This document shows, piece after piece, positions 59,030 through 64,000 of a stretch of DNA of 64,000 nt. Both the position numbers and the translations under genes were made by a program. The notes beneath the pieces are model-generated. The model saw nothing but the letters and a program-made list of their open reading frames with translations, did not search any database and had not been told where the DNA came from. The DNA is from Hadesarchaea archaeon (GTDB lineage: Archaea; Hadarchaeota; Hadarchaeia; Hadarchaeales; WYZ-LMO6): positions 32,001 through 96,000 of the forward strand of contig JAPDJF010000003.1 of NCBI GenBank assembly GCA_029259185.1, given 5' to 3'. The stretch's first letter is position 1; each line of letters begins with the position of its first letter.

Positions 59030-59042
59030 GAAAAATTTAAAC
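59030..59042. promoter_or_regulatory. Compact divergent promoter between fwdD and mtd
   Basis: AAAAATTTAAA tract centred in a 60-bp gap between divergent starts. Confidence 0.55.
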
Positions 59043-59065
59043 GTTTCTCCCGAGTAGATGGTCGA

Positions 59066-59899
59066 ATGACTCAGAAAGTTAGAGTGGGTGTGGTGAAGGT
59101 AGGTAACATAGGCACCTCCACAATGGTAGACCTGCTCTTAGATGAGAGGGCTGAGAGGGAAGACGTTGAGTTCAGGGTCGTGGGGTCTGGACCGAAGATG
59201 CTCAAGGAAGAGTGCGAGGAGGTTGCTGAAAAGATATTGGAGTTCAAACCGGACATCGTGGTGGTGATAAGCCCAAACCCAGCTTTGCCCGGGCCAACCG
59301 CAGCCAGGAAGATCGTGGCGCGATCAGGGAAGCCTGTGGTGGTAATAGGTGATGCGCCCGGAAAGAGAGTGGTTCCAGATTTGGAGAAAGAGGGACTTGG
59401 ATACATAATGATCGAGGCAGACTCTATGATAGGTGCGAGAAGGGAGTTCTTAGACCCAGCTGAGATGGCAATATTCAACGCTAACGTCGTGAAAACCCTG
59501 TCGGTGACGGGGGCATTCAATATCGTGTGCGAGGAGATCGACAGAGTAATCTCTGGGGTTAAGGCGGGATCCACCTATCTGCCAAGAGTGGTGATAACTA
59601 GGGATAAGGCAGTGGAGGCAGCGGGTTTTGAGAATCCCTACGCCAGGGCCAAGGCCATGGCCGCGTACGAGATAGCACGGAGAGTAGCCGATGTCTCGAT
59701 GGAGGGATGCTTCAAGGTCAAGGAAATGGAAAAGTACGTTCCGATAGTGGCATCTGCTCATGAGATGATGGAAATAGCATCCAAGTTGTCAGATGAAGCT
59801 AGGGAACTTGAAAAGTCCACCGATGTCCTACTCAGAAAACCCCACGCGGATGATGGGAAGTTACTAGTCAAGCGAAAACTTATGGAGAAACCAAAATAA
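59066..59899 (+). CDS. mtd: F420-dependent methylene-H4MPT dehydrogenase
   Basis: KVGNIG, LLDERAERED, DSMIGARREFLDP.EMA, NPYARAKA. Confidence 0.96.
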   Translation: MTQKVRVGVVKVGNIGTSTMVDLLLDERAEREDVEFRVVGSGPKMLKEECEEVAEKILEFKPDIVVVISPNPALPGPTAARKIVARSGKPVVVIGDAPGKRVVPDLEKEGLGYIMIEADSMIGARREFLDPAEMAIFNANVVKTLSVTGAFNIVCEEIDRVISGVKAGSTYLPRVVITRDKAVEAAGFENPYARAKAMAAYEIARRVADVSMEGCFKVKEMEKYVPIVASAHEMMEIASKLSDEARELEKSTDVLLRKPHADDGKLLVKRKLMEKPK

Positions 59900-59923
59900 C
59901 GGTGCTCTACCCTCTACATTTGG

Positions 59924-60880
59924 ATGGGAGAAGTCACCGTTAGTGCGCCTTCCCGTTTGCACTTGGGAATGATAGACCTGGGTGGCACCGAGGGGAGAGT
60001 TTACGGAGGATTAGGCGTAGCACTCAAGAAACCCAGGTTGTTTTTGAGGGCTAGGGAAGCGAAGATCCTAGTCGTGGAGGGGGAGAGACGGGATCTAGTC
60101 AAGGGGGTTGTCAAGAGATTTCTCCAACGATTCAAGATCGGGCAGGGGGTGCACATTAAGGTTATCAAAACCATTCCCGAACACGTGGGATTGGGTTCAA
60201 CTACCCAGTTGGTTTTAGGCGTGGGACAAGCACTCGCAGAACTCTTCGGGATCGAGATGGGTGTTAGGGAAATTGGCCGACTGTTCGGGAGAGGAGAATT
60301 CTCGGGAGTCGGTACAGCAACGTTTGAGTACGGTGGGTTTGTCGTTGAGGGGGGACACAAGGTCGGGAGAATGGCGGGTATCCCCCCCCTCATCTTCCGC
60401 TCACCCCTCCCCAAGGATTGGATGTTTGTGGTGGCAATACCTAGGGTGCGGAGGGGCTTGGACGAAAAAGAAGAATCCCTAGCTTTCAAGAGCTTGCCGC
60501 CTGCTCCGGATGCGGGGGTGGAGAGGGTGTGTAGACTCATCCTCGTGAAGATGCTTCCAAGTCTTGTGGAGGAGGACATCGTAGGCTTCGGGGGAGCTTT
60601 GACCGAAATCCAGCGAATCGTAGGGAGTTATTTTAAAAGTTCTCAAAACGGGGTCTTCGCCCATCCGGTAATAGGTGAGACAGTGGAGTTCATGTTGAGA
60701 GAAGGAGCTACGGGATGTGGACAGAGTTCTTGGGGTCCTGCGGTGTATGGAATGGTCGAAGGAAGAAAGGCGGCAAGATCCCTCGCGAGAGAGGTTAGGG
60801 ACTTTCTAGCCGAGCGTGGTGGTGGGGAGGTATTCTTCACGAATGCTGACAACCGGGGGGCAAACTCTAGACGGATTTGA
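59924..60880 (+). CDS. mptG: Beta-RFA-P synthase (methanopterin synthesis, GHMP family)
   Basis: PSRLHLG, HVGLGSTTQ, GGFVVEGG, GQSSWGP, NRGA. Confidence 0.92.
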   Translation: MGEVTVSAPSRLHLGMIDLGGTEGRVYGGLGVALKKPRLFLRAREAKILVVEGERRDLVKGVVKRFLQRFKIGQGVHIKVIKTIPEHVGLGSTTQLVLGVGQALAELFGIEMGVREIGRLFGRGEFSGVGTATFEYGGFVVEGGHKVGRMAGIPPLIFRSPLPKDWMFVVAIPRVRRGLDEKEESLAFKSLPPAPDAGVERVCRLILVKMLPSLVEEDIVGFGGALTEIQRIVGSYFKSSQNGVFAHPVIGETVEFMLREGATGCGQSSWGPAVYGMVEGRKAARSLAREVRDFLAERGGGEVFFTNADNRGANSRRI

Positions 60881-60885
60881 GTGAG

Positions 60886-61169
60886 TTACGGAACGGTCGA
60901 AGTTCCGAGCCGCGTCTTTCTTCCCACCGATGCGAATACCCCAAAACAGCACAGTACAGTGAAGATGATATTTTCTTCGTCCCCATGGATGTCCGCGAGT
61001 TTTCCGAACGGAACTAAAAACACAACTGAGGCGAGTAAAAATGAGGTTGCTATCCAGCTCAACGTTATGGCATCCGCGGATAACTCATTCCCTATGGAGG
61101 GGAGCGCTATGTTTATCGAAGAGCCGGTGAAAGGAACGAGAAAAGAGGCCAGCACCGCTACGGTCATGA
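60886..61169 (-). pseudogene. Internally deleted MFS transporter remnant
   Basis: SSINIALPSI..PFGKLADIHG (TM1-2) fused directly to a terminal helix IFTVLCCFGVFAS. Confidence 0.75.
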
Positions 61170-61371
61170 TTGAGATTTTACTCGATACAGATCCCCCTGG
61201 ATGACCGAATCCCTCTCGCGTTTCGATCTTGGATCTTGAAATCACTCTCTCGTTTTTTCTCGAGGTAAGAATCTTAGTGTAGATTCAATGCTTTCGAGAT
61301 CGGCCAGCATGGAAGGCACCACAAAAGTTAAATTCGCTTCGGGTCGTAATCTTTCGTTACCGGGGGATGGA

Positions 61372-62469
61372 ATGGAGGAACCAAGCAAAGGAGGGGCGGA
61401 GAGGGTTTTCGGGCACCTCATGAAAGAAGTTTTGAAACCAGGATTATGTGCGGGATGCGGGGCTTGTGTGGCGGTTTGTGAACCGGATATACTAACATTC
61501 GAAAATGCTCCTAAAATCGTCGGTAAGTGTACGAGGTGTGGGTATTGCTACAGTGTCTGCCCTCAGGCCCCATCTCAAGCTGGGTTGGAAGAAGTCATTT
61601 TCGAACAGGCTCCCGGGAAGCCAGAGATAGGTGTTTTCAAAGAGGCGATTTCAGCGCGCACGACGGACTCTGGAATACTGGAAAAATGTCAAGATGGGGG
61701 GGTGGTCTCATCCGTGCTGGTGGAGTTGCTCCGGAGTGGTTACATCGATGGGGCGGTTTTGATGGGTGTGGGCGAGGAGCCGTGGAAACCCCAGCCCAGA
61801 GTTGCCAAGAGTCGAGAAGAGATCTTGGAGTGTGCGGGAACGAAATACAGCCGAGGGCCACTTTTGCTCGCACTGAGGGAGGCGGTGGACAAGCACTCTC
61901 TTCAGAGGATAGCTGTGGTTGGAACCCCCTGCCATGTGAAAGCTGTACGCAAGATCCAAATGGGGGAGAACCCTCATCCCAAGTTTGCGGGGAGGATAAA
62001 GCTCGTTATAGGGCTTTTCTGTATGGAATCTTTTGACCACGAAAAGCTCAAAAACTTTCTTCTTGAGAAATTGGGAGTCCCTATTGAAAATGTTTCTAAA
62101 TTTGACATCAAAAAGGGAAAGTTCATAGTCCATATGAAAGATGGGCAAAGAAAAGAAGTCGAGGTTAAGTCTCTTCACGATTGTGTGAATACTTCTTGTA
62201 CCCTTTGCAAAGATTTCACCTCCGAGTTCGCTGATATCTCGGTTGGGGCAGTTGGGTCTCCCCTCGGTAGATCCACCGTGCTGATACGGACATCACGGGG
62301 AGTAGAGGCTTTTGATCTCGCAAAGCGAGCTGGCATCATCGAGGTGAAGCCACTGGCCGAAGTTAAGCCAGGGATGGATGTTGTCAACCGGGTTTCCCGG
62401 ATCAAGAAGGAATCCGCTGAGGAAAAGAGAAAAACGTGGAAGGAGGAAGGAAAACCGGTTCCTCCCTAG
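61372..62469 (+). CDS. FrhB/FpoF-family F420-binding subunit with N-terminal ferredoxin
   Basis: CAGCGACVAVC, CTRCGYCYSVCP, QDGGVVS, GTPC, GLFCMESF, ADISVG. Confidence 0.9.
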   Translation: MEEPSKGGAERVFGHLMKEVLKPGLCAGCGACVAVCEPDILTFENAPKIVGKCTRCGYCYSVCPQAPSQAGLEEVIFEQAPGKPEIGVFKEAISARTTDSGILEKCQDGGVVSSVLVELLRSGYIDGAVLMGVGEEPWKPQPRVAKSREEILECAGTKYSRGPLLLALREAVDKHSLQRIAVVGTPCHVKAVRKIQMGENPHPKFAGRIKLVIGLFCMESFDHEKLKNFLLEKLGVPIENVSKFDIKKGKFIVHMKDGQRKEVEVKSLHDCVNTSCTLCKDFTSEFADISVGAVGSPLGRSTVLIRTSRGVEAFDLAKRAGIIEVKPLAEVKPGMDVVNRVSRIKKESAEEKRKTWKEEGKPVPP

Positions 62470-62539
62470 GAGCTTTCCATACAGAACCCATCCTCGCTCA
62501 AGCTTAATACGAGGCACAAGTTATTTTTTTTGGAAGACT

Positions 62540-62848
62540 ATGGCAATAGCAGAAATAACTATCATCCCTCTGGGAACCAAAACACCTTCGGTTAGTGAGT
62601 ACGTGGCTAAAGCCATCAAGGTGCTGGAGGAGGAAAATTTGAAGTACGAAATAACTCCGATGGGGACCGTGGTGGAAGGAGAACTGGAAGAGATAATGAG
62701 GCTGGCCCAGCGAATGCATGAGTCCGTTTTTGATATGGGGGTACAACGAGTGGTAACAACTGTCAAAATAGACGATCGGAGGGATAAAAGCTCTGATATG
62801 GCAAGGAAAGTAAAATCTGTAGAGGAAAAATTAGATAGAGATCGCTGA
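62540..62848 (+). CDS. MTH1187 family thiamine-binding protein
   Basis: AEITIIPLGT, TPMGTVVEG, KIDDRRDK. Confidence 0.9.
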   Translation: MAIAEITIIPLGTKTPSVSEYVAKAIKVLEEENLKYEITPMGTVVEGELEEIMRLAQRMHESVFDMGVQRVVTTVKIDDRRDKSSDMARKVKSVEEKLDRDR

Positions 62849-62858
62849 GCTGGTTCTC

Positions 62859-63695
62859 ATGAAAACATATTTGGACTGTATACCCTGCTTGGTCAGGCAA
62901 GCTCTTGAGGCCAGTAGGCTCGCGACATCTGATGAGGACAAGAGGAGGGAAACCATGCGGAAAGTCTTGGGAGAACTTTCAAAGGTTCCTTTTGAGAGAT
63001 CTCCACCCCAAATATGTTATCAGGTTCACCAGTTGATAAGAGAGGCAACCGGAAACGAGGATCCTTATTCGGAAGTGAAAAAGGAGTTCAACGAAGCGGC
63101 GAGTGAAATGTATCCAAAACTGAGGAAAATTCTTGTGGATTCGGAGGACAAACTCCTGACTGCGGTCAAGCTAGCGATAGCGGGGAACGTCATAGATGTG
63201 GGGCCTGGAAACAAATTCGACTTGGGGGAGACAGTGAAGAGGGTTTTGAGCGCGGATTTCGGAGTAAACGACTTTGATCACCTTCGAAGGGAACTCAAGA
63301 GAAATAAGGAAGTGGTATACCTAGCTGATAATGCAGGGGAAGTATTTTTTGATCGCCTCCTCATCGAGGTGTTGCGTGATAAGCGCGTGATCTACGTCGT
63401 GAAAGAGAGCCCCCTGCTCAACGATGCCTCTATGGAAGATGCCAAACTCGCGGGCATAGATGAAGTAGCAGAGGTGGTGGCGGTGAAGATAGATCCTGAA
63501 ACTATTTACGCCCCATCAGAAGCGGAGTTGCTTAGGAAAGCCGGAATCGTGATCAGTAAGGGACAGGGAAACTATGAGGCCCTCAGCGACGTCGATGCGA
63601 ACATATTCTTCCTTCTCATGATAAAGTGTCCGGTGGTAGCTGAGGACATAGGGGGCAAGGTGGGCGACATCGTCGTGAAGCACTCGAGAAGGTGA
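62859..63695 (+). CDS. DUF89/ARMT1-like damage-control phosphatase
   Basis: CIPC, AIAGNVID, DNAGE, KGQGNYE. Confidence 0.92.
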   Translation: MKTYLDCIPCLVRQALEASRLATSDEDKRRETMRKVLGELSKVPFERSPPQICYQVHQLIREATGNEDPYSEVKKEFNEAASEMYPKLRKILVDSEDKLLTAVKLAIAGNVIDVGPGNKFDLGETVKRVLSADFGVNDFDHLRRELKRNKEVVYLADNAGEVFFDRLLIEVLRDKRVIYVVKESPLLNDASMEDAKLAGIDEVAEVVAVKIDPETIYAPSEAELLRKAGIVISKGQGNYEALSDVDANIFFLLMIKCPVVAEDIGGKVGDIVVKHSRR

Positions 63696-63711
63696 TCCTC
63701 TGGAAGGGGAA

Positions 63712-64000
63712 CTGATTGATTCGGAGGAAATGAGCCGTGTGGATGAAGAAGCGGAGAGATTCGGCATTCCCCGCATACTCTTGATGGAAAACGCTGGGAG
63801 AGCTATTTCGAGGTTTATTCTTGAGAAGTTTGGTGGGCATAAAGTCCTGATCTTTGCGGGAACGGGAAACAATGGGGGGGATGGCTTCGTTGCGGCGAGA
63901 CATCTGGCTGCTTGCGGTGTTGAAGTTACTCTCTTCTTGGTCGGCGATCCAGCGAGGATCCGAACTCACGAGGCGAGCACGAATTGGGAAATCGTGAGGC
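63712..64000 (+). CDS. nnrE: NAD(P)H-hydrate epimerase (YjeF N-terminal), runs off window; start approximate
   Basis: LMENAGRA, GTGNNGGDGFVAARHL. Confidence 0.92.
   Translation, partial: MIDSEEMSRVDEEAERFGIPRILLMENAGRAISRFILEKFGGHKVLIFAGTGNNGGDGFVAARHLAACGVEVTLFLVGDPARIRTHEASTNWEIVR

Overview
This is an archaeal chromosomal window (inferred: a non-methanogenic anaerobe, plausibly Hadarchaeota-like; no mcr or mtr in the window). The first third is housekeeping: HMG-CoA synthase/thiolase/DUF35, trmI, secFD, dapB, asd and a trpEGDCFBA operon preceded by four 10-bp-phased TRP boxes. A middle accessory region (17-33 kb) carries membrane proteins, radical SAM genes, nikR and cooC. The last half is a C1/Wood-Ljungdahl supercluster: corrinoid protein, RACo, mvhD-fdhAB, cdhABCDE, a metF-like gene, cooC, mobA, fwdDBA-ftr-fwdC-mch-mptN-mfnA, mtd, mptG and a frhB-like gene. 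Two things the ORF track misses stand out. (1) An initiator tRNA-Met gene is split by three BHB-type introns and has a leader that mimics the acceptor strand. (2) At least eight related IS200/IS605 (TnpB) derivatives are dispersed through the window. Five are ORF-less and keep only the end hairpins and the tnpB 3'/omega-RNA region, one carries a small RHH-like gene, two sit exactly at host start codons and supply an RBS-like sequence, and one is nested in another tnpB, which fixes the boundaries. All family assignments come from motif recognition by eye; no database searches were run.
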